From Candidatus Vogelbacteria bacterium (GTDB lineage: Bacteria; Patescibacteriota; Minisyncoccia; Phycocordibacterales; XYD1-FULL-46-19): 64,000 nucleotides of DNA. The stretch lies in the NCBI GenBank assembly GCA_021414225.1, contig JAIOOX010000002.1, positions 161,118 to 225,117 on the forward strand, in the 5' to 3' direction. The notes under the pieces are model-generated. The model saw only the letters and a program-made list of their open reading frames with translations. It did no database searches and was not told the DNA's origin. The stretch's first letter is position 1. Each line of letters opens with the position of its first letter. Shown here piece by piece: positions 29,145 through 38,118 of the stretch. The position numbers and the translations under genes were made by a program.

Positions 29145-29456
29145 ATGTCTGAATCAAACAATGTGAAATTCGTAGAAGCTAATGGCAAGTGGTTATGGAA
29201 GCGATATAGCGCCGAAGGGTCGGTTATTTCTCGCAGCCAATTATTCGATACCGAAAGAGAAGCTCGAGAGGATTATCAGGCACATGGGAATGAGGGACAA
29301 ACCACAGCTCCGTCACAGCCAGATAACACTCAAGCATCAGAGCCTACAGCTCCAAGTGTCGACTCACCTAATGATGTCGGCAATGTTGCTCCTGAGGGAG
29401 AAGTAAATGCCGGTACAGCATCTCCAGCAGACTCAGAAGCTGGCCTGGTATCGTAA
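29145..29456 (+). CDS. Small protein with YegP/DUF1508-like N-terminus and acidic disordered tail
   Basis: KFVEANGKWLWKRYSAEGSVISRSQLFDTEREA pattern. Confidence 0.55.
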   Translation: MSESNNVKFVEANGKWLWKRYSAEGSVISRSQLFDTEREAREDYQAHGNEGQTTAPSQPDNTQASEPTAPSVDSPNDVGNVAPEGEVNAGTASPADSEAGLVS

Positions 29457-29481
29457 CGAGATACGATCTCATTGTCATACC

Positions 29482-29856
29482 ATGTTGACCTTCACCTACA
29501 AAGTCAAAAAGCGAGCAAAGGATAAGGGTGATTTTCGTATCACCAAGCACGGACAGATGGCAGAGTTTTCTTTGCGTGAACTTAATCGAAATATTGAGCA
29601 AGTTCGCAAGCAGGCAAGGGAAATGGAAGCCAATGCAAAGCTTCAAGAAGCTCTTGCAGAGAATATTCGCAGAACGAACCCTGATCTTGTTTCGTACATG
29701 AAGAAACTATCACCTAAAAAGCGTCATGCACTCATCATGCTTTCCATTCAGGAAAACAAAGCAAAGCAGTTCAAGGATCAGGAAAAAGAGTCGAAACGAA
29801 TCCTGCGAATGATTATTAGCGAGGACAAGGAAGTCCGTAACCAATTAAAGCTATGA
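29482..29856 (+). CDS. Basic coiled-coil phage hypothetical protein
   Basis: ORF from ATG 29482; ATGA overlap with the next gene. Confidence 0.6.
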   Translation: MLTFTYKVKKRAKDKGDFRITKHGQMAEFSLRELNRNIEQVRKQAREMEANAKLQEALAENIRRTNPDLVSYMKKLSPKKRHALIMLSIQENKAKQFKDQEKESKRILRMIISEDKEVRNQLKL

Positions 29857-30248
29857 GCGAAACACCAGAAGAAAAAGAACCTGAGCTTACTGGTCCGCAC
29901 AATCCTGATGAGGAGGTTGATCCGGAGAAGCAAGCAGCTGAAGACGCAGAGATCGAAGAACTCAACGATGCGATTGATGTAACAAGCGACCTAGTCTCAT
30001 GGTCTAAGACTCCTGCCGGTAAGGACACCATAGAGCGTCTTCAAACTGAGTCTCGTAAGGCGATGAATGAGCTCTTTGCAGTTCTCCATGACAGCCCTGA
30101 GCTCGGAAAGCTTATATCTGTCGTCGCTCGTTTCGAAGCGTCAGTACAGATGCTTAGGCGATTCATTGGAGCAGATGAAGACTTGGATACTTTGCTAGAT
30201 GAACTCGCAAGGAAGCGTCCGAGTGCGGCAGCTAAGGTTGCTAAGTAA
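29853..30248 (+). CDS. Acidic phage hypothetical protein (head region)
   Basis: Between portal and scaffold; WSKTPAGK motif. Confidence 0.65.
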   Translation: MSETPEEKEPELTGPHNPDEEVDPEKQAAEDAEIEELNDAIDVTSDLVSWSKTPAGKDTIERLQTESRKAMNELFAVLHDSPELGKLISVVARFEASVQMLRRFIGADEDLDTLLDELARKRPSAAAKVAK

Positions 30249-30280
30249 AGAAAAGATAAAGAAAAAGTAAAATATTTATC

Positions 30281-30315
30281 AAGAAATAATCATCGGGAAA
30301 CCGGTGATTTTTCTT
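30281..30315 (+). terminator. Intrinsic terminator with GAAA loop
   Basis: AAGAAATAATCATCGG-GAAA-CCGGTGATTTTTCTT. Confidence 0.7.
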
Positions 30316-30322
30316 TGTAAAA

Positions 30323-30340
30323 GTAATGCACGCAATTTTG
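30323..30340 (+). promoter_or_regulatory. Phage late-promoter motif, copy 2
   Basis: GTAATGCACGCAATTTTG, then CAAACT, upstream of scaffold and capsid. Confidence 0.75.
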
Positions 30341-30469
30341 TATTTTTCATACATCAAACTATCAGCATAGAGGGGCCAACCTCTTATTAATAAAAAGGTT
30401 AATGCGCTAATGCTCTGCGTTCCACAATCGAGCATCAATGGGGCGAAACCATCGAAATATAAAACGTAT

Positions 30470-31333
30470 ATGCCAAAACCACATCAGGAAGCAGCACCCG
30501 CTGACGATAAGTCAGGAAAAGCTGCAGGGGAATCTCAGCCAGCCGATAAGGGTGGCAAGAAAGATTCAGACAACCCTTCAAATGGTCAATCGATTGCACA
30601 GGTTGCAGGGGGTGAAAACTCCAAGTCTAGCGATTCTAAGGACGGCAAGCCAAAAGATGGCGATGAGAGGGACAGTCTCATAGTCGACCTCAAGAAAGAG
30701 AATCGTGAGATGAAAAAGATGATCCGTGACGAGGTTATTCCTACCATTCGTGATTTGCAACAGCAGATCAAGAAAGGAGGTACAAGTGCCGACGATGCTC
30801 TCGATGAGCTAGACGCACTCGCCAAAGAGTGGGAACTCGAGCCGAAATTTGTCCAGAAGCTCGCAAGTATTCTCCTCACCAAGTCTAAGAAGCAATTCGA
30901 AGACGAGTACCTTTCAGACATCAAAGACATTAAGAAAAAGACTGAAGCGCAGTCCAAGGAAATCTCCAACGCTCAAATCACTTCAGCAATCTCGAAAGAG
31001 TTTGATCGAGTGATTGCTGATAACCCTGATCTTGCCAAGGTCGCCAAAAAAGAAGCCGTCAAGAAATACATCATGTCGAGTGAGGAAAACCTCGGTCGCA
31101 CGATGGAAGATATTCTCGAGGAACTTTATGGCGACTCTGAAAAGCCAGAACCAGGCATGGAAGGCTACAGCTCTCAGGGAAGCAATCATCAGAAGGAGCC
31201 GGACTACAAGGCTCCAAGCGAGGAAGACCACAAGCGCATCGCTCAGTCTCGTGAAAAGGGTGGTCAGGAATTTGATAAGTACCAAGAAGGTCTTATTGAC
31301 CGACTGACTCATCGATCACGTCATCGAAAGTAA
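30470..31333 (+). CDS. Capsid scaffolding protein
   Basis: Disordered N-terminus, charged coiled coil, directly before the capsid gene. Confidence 0.7.
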   Translation: MPKPHQEAAPADDKSGKAAGESQPADKGGKKDSDNPSNGQSIAQVAGGENSKSSDSKDGKPKDGDERDSLIVDLKKENREMKKMIRDEVIPTIRDLQQQIKKGGTSADDALDELDALAKEWELEPKFVQKLASILLTKSKKQFEDEYLSDIKDIKKKTEAQSKEISNAQITSAISKEFDRVIADNPDLAKVAKKEAVKKYIMSSEENLGRTMEDILEELYGDSEKPEPGMEGYSSQGSNHQKEPDYKAPSEEDHKRIAQSREKGGQEFDKYQEGLIDRLTHRSRHRK

Positions 31334-31378
31334 TTGATTTTTGGAAGGGTAAATTTATTCACTTAATTTTATCCAACC

Positions 31379-32581
31379 ATGTTAGCAGTATTCAAAGAAC
31401 AGTTCGATAACGCTTATCAAGCGGTATTCGACAAAGTGCTCGTGGCAATGGAGATTGCCAACACGCGCCTCGAGAAGAAACTCGAGTACGGAGCATCCGT
31501 AAAACGTGTGAAGTATTCTCTCGCACCGATTCGTGTGCGTAATATCACGATAGGTGTAAACCGAACCATTGACTCGCTCAATGACTCCGGTGAGACCCTC
31601 TTGGTCAATAAGAACAAGGGTGCAGACTTCCGAGTCTCGAAGAAAGAAATGATTCAGGCAGGCCCACTGAATCCGGCAGAGACTATCGGTGCAGAGGTAG
31701 CAAAGAAGCTCTCTCGTTACATCGATGCCGACGTGTTCGCTCAGGTAAAGAATGCCCTTCAGACATTCGATACCGGAGACTTGACCACGATGAGTTCGAA
31801 CGGAACGGCCATCGTACTTTCTACTACGAATATCCCTCAGCTTCTAGCTCAGGGTCGTGCGAAGCTCAGAAAGGCGAATCAAGACCTTACGAGTCTTGCC
31901 TTGGTTCTCGACAGCTACGGAGGCTCGATTATCGAGCAGTACGTGATGTCAAAGAACATCGACCTTGCTGCAGCAGCGTTCAAGAATGGTTACGCCGGTC
32001 CTGTGGGTGGCGCCGAGTTGTACCTTTCCGAGAACCTTCTCGCAGAAGCGATTATCACAATGGCTGCAAACCCTTCAAACGGACAGACATTCTCGATCAA
32101 TGGCTTCATTTACACCTTCGTAACTTCAATCGGCGCTACGCCAGGTAATGTCTTGATTGAAGCTGGTGTCGATGCGACCCGAGATAACCTGATTGATGCG
32201 ATTCATCAGGCGACCGGTACTGCCGGATCGAAGTACATCGCATGGACTGATGTTGATCCTGGATACGATCAGTCCAACTGGGTCGACTTGCAGCTTGCTG
32301 CAGTCGATAACGATGGTGCGGACACCATCACCATTACCGGAACTGGTTCAGGTCGACTTGTATTCGGCGGAAACGCTACGTACACAGTCACCAAGAACCT
32401 CGTACACGCTTACTACGGTAAGAAGGGTGCGATCGACGTGGTTATTCAAGACCTCGCCGAGATGGAAATGGTTGATGACCCATACCAGCGTGCAAAGATC
32501 ATCCGAGCGGACGCTATCTACGGCATCTTCACGTTTGCCGATGGAAAGCCTCAGTTCCTCGACGTTCTTCTCCAGTCGTAA
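31379..32581 (+). CDS. Major capsid protein (P22-coat-like) with inserted beta domain
   Basis: 400 aa; GASVKR, AKKLSRYIDADVF, G.VGGAELYLSENL, DAIYG near the C-terminus; position after scaffold. Confidence 0.8.
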   Translation: MLAVFKEQFDNAYQAVFDKVLVAMEIANTRLEKKLEYGASVKRVKYSLAPIRVRNITIGVNRTIDSLNDSGETLLVNKNKGADFRVSKKEMIQAGPLNPAETIGAEVAKKLSRYIDADVFAQVKNALQTFDTGDLTTMSSNGTAIVLSTTNIPQLLAQGRAKLRKANQDLTSLALVLDSYGGSIIEQYVMSKNIDLAAAAFKNGYAGPVGGAELYLSENLLAEAIITMAANPSNGQTFSINGFIYTFVTSIGATPGNVLIEAGVDATRDNLIDAIHQATGTAGSKYIAWTDVDPGYDQSNWVDLQLAAVDNDGADTITITGTGSGRLVFGGNATYTVTKNLVHAYYGKKGAIDVVIQDLAEMEMVDDPYQRAKIIRADAIYGIFTFADGKPQFLDVLLQS

Positions 32582-32586
32582 ATGCT

Positions 32587-32644
32587 GCACTGACCCGAGC
32601 GAAAGTTCGGGCTCAGTGTCAGGCGCAGGGGCTAATCCCTGCCT
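32587..32644 (+). terminator. Tandem hairpins after the capsid gene (partial terminator or mRNA stabiliser)
   Basis: CACTGACCCGAGC-GAAA-GTTCGGGCTCAGTG, then GCAGGGG-CTAA-TCCCTGC. Confidence 0.6.
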
Positions 32645-32667
32645 CTGGCACTGAGAAATAAACAATT

Positions 32668-33297
32668 ATGGCAACACCACTTACCGGACAACAAATTATT
32701 GAAAGATTCGAGTTGTATACCGATGATACGACTGATCTCTCGAGTGATGAGGAGCTTATTCTTGCGAATGACAAGCTTCGTTTGGTCTACATGGAACAGC
32801 CTTGGGAATTTTTGCGTAGGAAAAAGAGCGGTGTTGTTGAAAATGATGGAAAGATCACACTCCCAACAGATTTTGATGAGCTTATGGAGAATTTCAGTGA
32901 TGACCCAACTATTGGAGAACCATTAATGAAAGTTGTTTACGTGGGAGGTCAAAAATCTCCTTACCTCGTAGTGCCAATGGGTCAGAGAAATGCAAATAAT
33001 TTCAGCAATGTATGTTGGATTGATCCATCAGATGGAAAAATAAACTTTTCTCAGAATCCAGGTACTGGTGCAGCTTACGAATTCGACTATAAGACTAGCC
33101 CTGATGATATTGCTGTCGGCACATCTCCTAAATTACCTGCCGAGTATCATCCAATGATCATATTCGCAATGCTTATCGATGAAGATATTATCAAAAAATC
33201 AGAAAAAGCACGTAGCAACATGCAGGACAATTCAGTGCAGTATCAGCGATACATGAAGAACCTAAAACTGCGAGATGCTCGCTTTAAACTTTCATAA
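32668..33297 (+). CDS. Head-tail adaptor protein
   Basis: PWEFL, ITLPTDF, PKLPAEYH motifs; position after capsid. Confidence 0.7.
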   Translation: MATPLTGQQIIERFELYTDDTTDLSSDEELILANDKLRLVYMEQPWEFLRRKKSGVVENDGKITLPTDFDELMENFSDDPTIGEPLMKVVYVGGQKSPYLVVPMGQRNANNFSNVCWIDPSDGKINFSQNPGTGAAYEFDYKTSPDDIAVGTSPKLPAEYHPMIIFAMLIDEDIIKKSEKARSNMQDNSVQYQRYMKNLKLRDARFKLS

Positions 33298-33300
33298 TTT

Positions 33301-35202
33301 ATGGCAGACCATGAGATCAAAAAATTTGGATCAGGAGTACACAATCGTGAAGACAATGAAGATACGCCGAAAGACAGTGCGAAGGATTCTTTAAACTGGC
33401 TCACAATTGATGGACGTATCGAACTTGCTCGTGGGAAGGTCACAGTAGGTCCCGAGGGTCCGGCAGGAACGTGTCCCGCAATTCATGTCGGTTACAAAGC
33501 AAATGGTACAGGTGTTCTTTGGAGAAAAGTAGCGACAGCAATTCAATATTTCACTGGCTTGGTGTGGATTGATGTAGTTACTGGACTCAATCCGAATGAT
33601 ATCTACGTTTTTACAAACTATAGCTCGCTCACCGGAGCATGGACGTTTGCTGGTGGTCCTGGGGGACTTTTCAAGTTTGCCAATGCAAATCCAACAAGCT
33701 ACATCCAACTCTACACGACAACAGATTTTTTCTGCGGATTTCCGCTGATTGATAAAGCTCGAATGTACCTATGGGGTATTGCCAAAGATACAACTGCACT
33801 TTATCGAAGTTATATCGATGTTCAACGTGATGGCACAAGCTTTACTCAAATTTCAAATGAGAATGCTGCGAGCGGAAACGGATCACAAACAGTATTCTCA
33901 GGAACACTTTTATTCAAATCTGGTCAACCAAAACGAAACTGTGGACTTGTAACTATTAAGTGTACCGATGGCGGTGGGGAAATATTCACTGATGACAAAA
34001 ACGGAAACCTGAAGGGAAGTGCTGGTGGTATCGGAACTATAAATTACATTACAGGTGTATGGGGTGTGACCTTTGTCACTGTGCCCTCAGCATCAGCAAA
34101 CAATATCAAAGCTGATTATGTCTGGGAAAACAGTACAGCAAAAGGTGTAGCAGATTTTACATACAGCGCATCACGTCTTGCAGGTGAGGGCGATGTGATC
34201 CGACAAGATGAAGGAGGTGATGCAATCCAACAACTCGTGATCGGTATTGATGGAAACTATTACTCACTCAAAAAGCAAAGTGCGTATCAGCACAAATATA
34301 CTGATGACGATAAGACTTTTAATAACCAAGTAGTTCGAAGAAATATCGGAGTCCTTACTCGAAAGAGCTCAGTCACTACTGGTCGAGGTGTTGTCTTTAT
34401 AAACACAGCCAATCCGGATAGACCACAGCTCACAGTCCTTGAAAAGAACCCTCTTGGTGATGACATTCTCGCAACCGAACTCATTCCACATTTTGCATGG
34501 GAGAAATTTGATTACTCAGATGCAGTCATGGAAACCTACGGGCAATTTATTGTTCTTTCATGCAGAGCACAGTCGAGCATCGTAAACGATCGCACGCTTA
34601 TTATTGACATAGTAAAAAATACTGTCGACATTTCAAATTATGGAATGAAAGCTCTCATTAAAGACTCCGGAGTGTTGTATGGCGGAAGTCCGCACACTCA
34701 GACGGTTTATAAAATTCTAAACGGATTCGATGATGACGGCTATGTGATTCAAAATAATTGGGATAGCAAATACGAAACATATGGAGTCCGAAGACTCAAA
34801 AAATATCGACGCTTGCGATACCGAGGCGAGATTGACCCCGCTCAATATGTGGAAGTATACGCAGACTTTGATGGAGCCGGATATTCCCTTATTGGGACAA
34901 TCCGAGGCGATGGAACTTATGTAAATCGTACAAGTCCCTCTAGTGTCGGTACGACCATGATTGGAGATTCGGCCGTTGGAGGTGATGGGTCAGCTCAGGT
35001 GTATCCATATGAGCTTCAGATCAAGGCAATGAAGATTCCGAAGTTCCGAAGGCGCAGCATCCGCTTTATAGCCAAAGGTATCGGCTACGTAAGCGTGATG
35101 GAATCGGTCGATTGGGACATTCTGACCTATGAGGACAAATTACCGAAGGTTTATAGGCAAAAAGAGCATGTAAGTCTCGATGGCAAAAGCGTGAACCAGT
35201 AA
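33301..35202 (+). CDS. Tail nozzle/stabilisation protein (P22 gp10 / T7 tail tube B-like)
   Basis: KFGSGVH...DSLNW N-terminus, beta-rich, C-terminal KKYRRLR; follows the adaptor. Confidence 0.65.
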   Translation: MADHEIKKFGSGVHNREDNEDTPKDSAKDSLNWLTIDGRIELARGKVTVGPEGPAGTCPAIHVGYKANGTGVLWRKVATAIQYFTGLVWIDVVTGLNPNDIYVFTNYSSLTGAWTFAGGPGGLFKFANANPTSYIQLYTTTDFFCGFPLIDKARMYLWGIAKDTTALYRSYIDVQRDGTSFTQISNENAASGNGSQTVFSGTLLFKSGQPKRNCGLVTIKCTDGGGEIFTDDKNGNLKGSAGGIGTINYITGVWGVTFVTVPSASANNIKADYVWENSTAKGVADFTYSASRLAGEGDVIRQDEGGDAIQQLVIGIDGNYYSLKKQSAYQHKYTDDDKTFNNQVVRRNIGVLTRKSSVTTGRGVVFINTANPDRPQLTVLEKNPLGDDILATELIPHFAWEKFDYSDAVMETYGQFIVLSCRAQSSIVNDRTLIIDIVKNTVDISNYGMKALIKDSGVLYGGSPHTQTVYKILNGFDDDGYVIQNNWDSKYETYGVRRLKKYRRLRYRGEIDPAQYVEVYADFDGAGYSLIGTIRGDGTYVNRTSPSSVGTTMIGDSAVGGDGSAQVYPYELQIKAMKIPKFRRRSIRFIAKGIGYVSVMESVDWDILTYEDKLPKVYRQKEHVSLDGKSVNQ

Positions 35203-35216
35203 TGCACGCAATTTTG
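35199..35216 (+). promoter_or_regulatory. Phage late-promoter motif, copy 3 (overlaps a stop codon)
   Basis: GTAATGCACGCAATTTTG, then CATACT. Confidence 0.75.
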
Positions 35217-35242
35217 CATTTTTTCACATTCATACTTCTAAC

Positions 35243-36016
35243 ATGGCATCCAAACTCACTAAAGTAGTCGCAAATTTTGAAACTTCCCTTGCCACGAAGC
35301 TTGCTAATGGTGCTGTAGCAGGAGCTCTTACGAGCATCACTGACAAGAACAGTGTAGCTCTGCCGGCAGGCAAATACTGCATGATTGTCGACCGAGGAAC
35401 TGGCGATGAAGAACATCTTTTATTCGATCTCTCCGGCACATCCATAAGCAATATCTTTAGTGTATCGAGACAAGGAGTCCAGACTGCCGGAGTACAGAAT
35501 TTGAATGGACATCGTGCAGGCTCGAAATGCTACCTGACTGATTTCGTAAACCTGAAAGTCATTGTCGACATTTTGAATGGTGACGACTCTCTCGATTCAA
35601 CAAAACCAATTAAGTACGATGCCGACCCAACTTTCAATGATTCAAAACAAGTTGTTTCAAAAGGATATGTAGACACTAATCTTGCTGGTAAAGCATCAAC
35701 AAATGGAAACAATACTTTCTCCGGTAACAATAATTTTATTAATTCTCCAAATATTCCGAATGCTGTAAGCGCATCACAGCCAGTAACACTGTCTCAGCTC
35801 ATGGCCGCTGCGCTTAGTGGTATTCAAGCAGGACTTGAGTATGTGGATGTCGCAATAAATGCAGACGGAAGTGTGAGATCGCTTCATGACAACGTGAATG
35901 GCAAAACATTCGTGTTCGAGTATGACGACAACCGACTACTCCGAAGTATCTACGACGGAGCGAAGAAGTGGTCTATTCGGGATGTCGGAGAGAGGATCGC
36001 AAGCATTATTCATTAA
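35243..36016 (+). CDS. Tail fibre-like protein
   Basis: FETSLA, SRQG..HRAGS, KGYVD, GNNTFSGNNNF, P.AVSASQPVTLSQL fibre motifs. Confidence 0.6.
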   Translation: MASKLTKVVANFETSLATKLANGAVAGALTSITDKNSVALPAGKYCMIVDRGTGDEEHLLFDLSGTSISNIFSVSRQGVQTAGVQNLNGHRAGSKCYLTDFVNLKVIVDILNGDDSLDSTKPIKYDADPTFNDSKQVVSKGYVDTNLAGKASTNGNNTFSGNNNFINSPNIPNAVSASQPVTLSQLMAAALSGIQAGLEYVDVAINADGSVRSLHDNVNGKTFVFEYDDNRLLRSIYDGAKKWSIRDVGERIASIIH

Positions 36017-36030
36017 TTTAATTTTTTATC

Positions 36031-38112
36031 ATGATTAATTTACAAGTAGATCGAAGACTGGATAGGACGACGAGCGTAAAGGGACTAAATATTGCTCCGG
36101 TTACTAAATTCGCTGAATGGAGCAGACAGGGAATGGTCCAGTGGCCAGCAGTCAAAGCTCAAGGGAAGCTCACCATCCAAAACCAGCCATCGCCAGGAGA
36201 AACCATTACCATCGGCACAAAGACTTACTCTTTTGTAGCTAGTCTTGTCACCAACACTGACGGACAGATTGTGATCGGTGGAAGCGTTGCGGCAACTCGA
36301 GCAAATATTCTAGCTGCAATCAATCTCTCCGGACTTCCAGGAAGTCAGTACGCATCGGCAACCTCTCTCAATGGTGATGTGGAGGCAACTGCCATCATCG
36401 GCAATGATGTTATTTTCACTTCAAAAGTTGGTGGTACTGCTGGTAACTCAATTGCTACAACATCAACTCTTATAGCTCCGAACGCATTTGATGCGGCAAC
36501 TCTCGGAACATACCGAGCCGGTGCAGCTGCAAGCGATGCAGACTCGATCATTGTCCCTGGATATCGTGGCTGTTTTAACAACTATGTGAACAACCAATAT
36601 AATCCTCGAGAAAATTTCTACATTGGTCGGTCATCATGGGACGGCGATCAAGACCGAGGATTCGGTATTCAAGAAGAACTGATCCGAGAATGTCCTGATC
36701 ATGATTTTCTGATTGCTGCAGGAGCTACTCGTAAGATGTATTCTCCCAATTTCCTTGAGAGAAGAATCAAGACCGTTCGATCTCTGACCCTATATACAAA
36801 ACTTCGTGATATGGAGGCACAGACTCTTTCATCACCCTTTGCAAAAACTACAAGTAATCGTGTCTTTAAAACGATTGAACTCGACTCTACCCGATTCATT
36901 ACTTTTTATCGGCAGCAGGCAGGTACAACTGGTATCTATGCCGTGGTTGGAAATACAAATGCGAACGGAACCATCACATGGGGCGCGCCACTCATCATGT
37001 ACACAGTCGACTGGTACAACGAAAACTTCGATGCGTGCCTCATCAACACTGACAAGGTTCTTATTGCACTTCCAGTTGGTGGATCAAACTACATCAATAC
37101 CGCAGTCGTGACTATTTCAGGTACGGGTATCGCTCTCAACACACCGGTCCAGATTGTGGCGGTAGCACCAAGCTATAAACAGCTCGTAAAAGTTGGAACT
37201 GACAAAGCAATCCTAGCTTTCGAAAACGGGTCTGCCATCAATCTTTACTGTGTTTCAGTATCGGGAACAGTGCCGTCATACGGAACTCTTGCGAGCATAG
37301 CTTCGACCTCAAAACCACTTCTTGCAGCAAATGGCACTGACAAATGCCAGCTGGCATACATCGGAAGCGGTGGATGGTATTCGGCCGTCGTCACAACTTC
37401 AGGAAGCACAATCACTGTTCAGGCAGGTCTCCAAATCAGCTACGACACTAACTACTCTTACCGATATAACCTGCTCTACCAAATTACGACAGACACGTTC
37501 ATGTTTTGGAGTCATTGGGGACAGATTCTATATCAGGGTCGTGATCGATATCGAGCTGGTCTCATCACCGTTTCGGGTACAAACACCACTCTTGCAAATA
37601 GCAACTATCTGCCTGCTGGATGGTGGGGAGATCGCATGTTCTATGTAAAACCAATTGATGCCACGAGCTTCTACATGTACGGCTATGAAAGTAATCGTCT
37701 GACTGGTGCAAAAGTTACGCTCTCTGGAACCACACTTACTTTCCCACAGATGACATACAAAAGCTTCGGTTGGAATGAGAATCAGGGCGACCAGCAAATT
37801 TACAAGTACCAAATCTACAACACCTTTCCTGAAATCGGCGACCCAGTGAACTGTAATGGAAACATGTTCTTTATTTGCACTGACAACAATGCGAATGGAG
37901 CAATATCCATATTCAGTGATAAAGCATTCAGTTTTGACCTATACAACGGCGATGACCTTGTCGGTACATACACAAAAACCGATCTCGGATTCATGCAAAA
38001 AATAAATGTTGACCTTCCAATCTACAAAGAGGAGTTCGGCATAAAAATAAAAAGCAATGACAGCGTTGCTCGAACTGTTCAGGTGGATCACCTGTACTTG
38101 TTAATCGATTAA
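36031..38112 (+). CDS. Putative receptor-binding/tail protein with beta-propeller-like repeats
   Basis: Repeated V.TISGT.I / TDK.L units; N-terminal domain resembles the capsid insertion. Confidence 0.55.
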   Translation: MINLQVDRRLDRTTSVKGLNIAPVTKFAEWSRQGMVQWPAVKAQGKLTIQNQPSPGETITIGTKTYSFVASLVTNTDGQIVIGGSVAATRANILAAINLSGLPGSQYASATSLNGDVEATAIIGNDVIFTSKVGGTAGNSIATTSTLIAPNAFDAATLGTYRAGAAASDADSIIVPGYRGCFNNYVNNQYNPRENFYIGRSSWDGDQDRGFGIQEELIRECPDHDFLIAAGATRKMYSPNFLERRIKTVRSLTLYTKLRDMEAQTLSSPFAKTTSNRVFKTIELDSTRFITFYRQQAGTTGIYAVVGNTNANGTITWGAPLIMYTVDWYNENFDACLINTDKVLIALPVGGSNYINTAVVTISGTGIALNTPVQIVAVAPSYKQLVKVGTDKAILAFENGSAINLYCVSVSGTVPSYGTLASIASTSKPLLAANGTDKCQLAYIGSGGWYSAVVTTSGSTITVQAGLQISYDTNYSYRYNLLYQITTDTFMFWSHWGQILYQGRDRYRAGLITVSGTNTTLANSNYLPAGWWGDRMFYVKPIDATSFYMYGYESNRLTGAKVTLSGTTLTFPQMTYKSFGWNENQGDQQIYKYQIYNTFPEIGDPVNCNGNMFFICTDNNANGAISIFSDKAFSFDLYNGDDLVGTYTKTDLGFMQKINVDLPIYKEEFGIKIKSNDSVARTVQVDHLYLLID

Positions 38113-38118
38113 AAATAA

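Noticed and set aside
36031-38112. Diversity-generating retroelement target
   Set aside because: No reverse transcriptase and no TR/VR repeat pair seen
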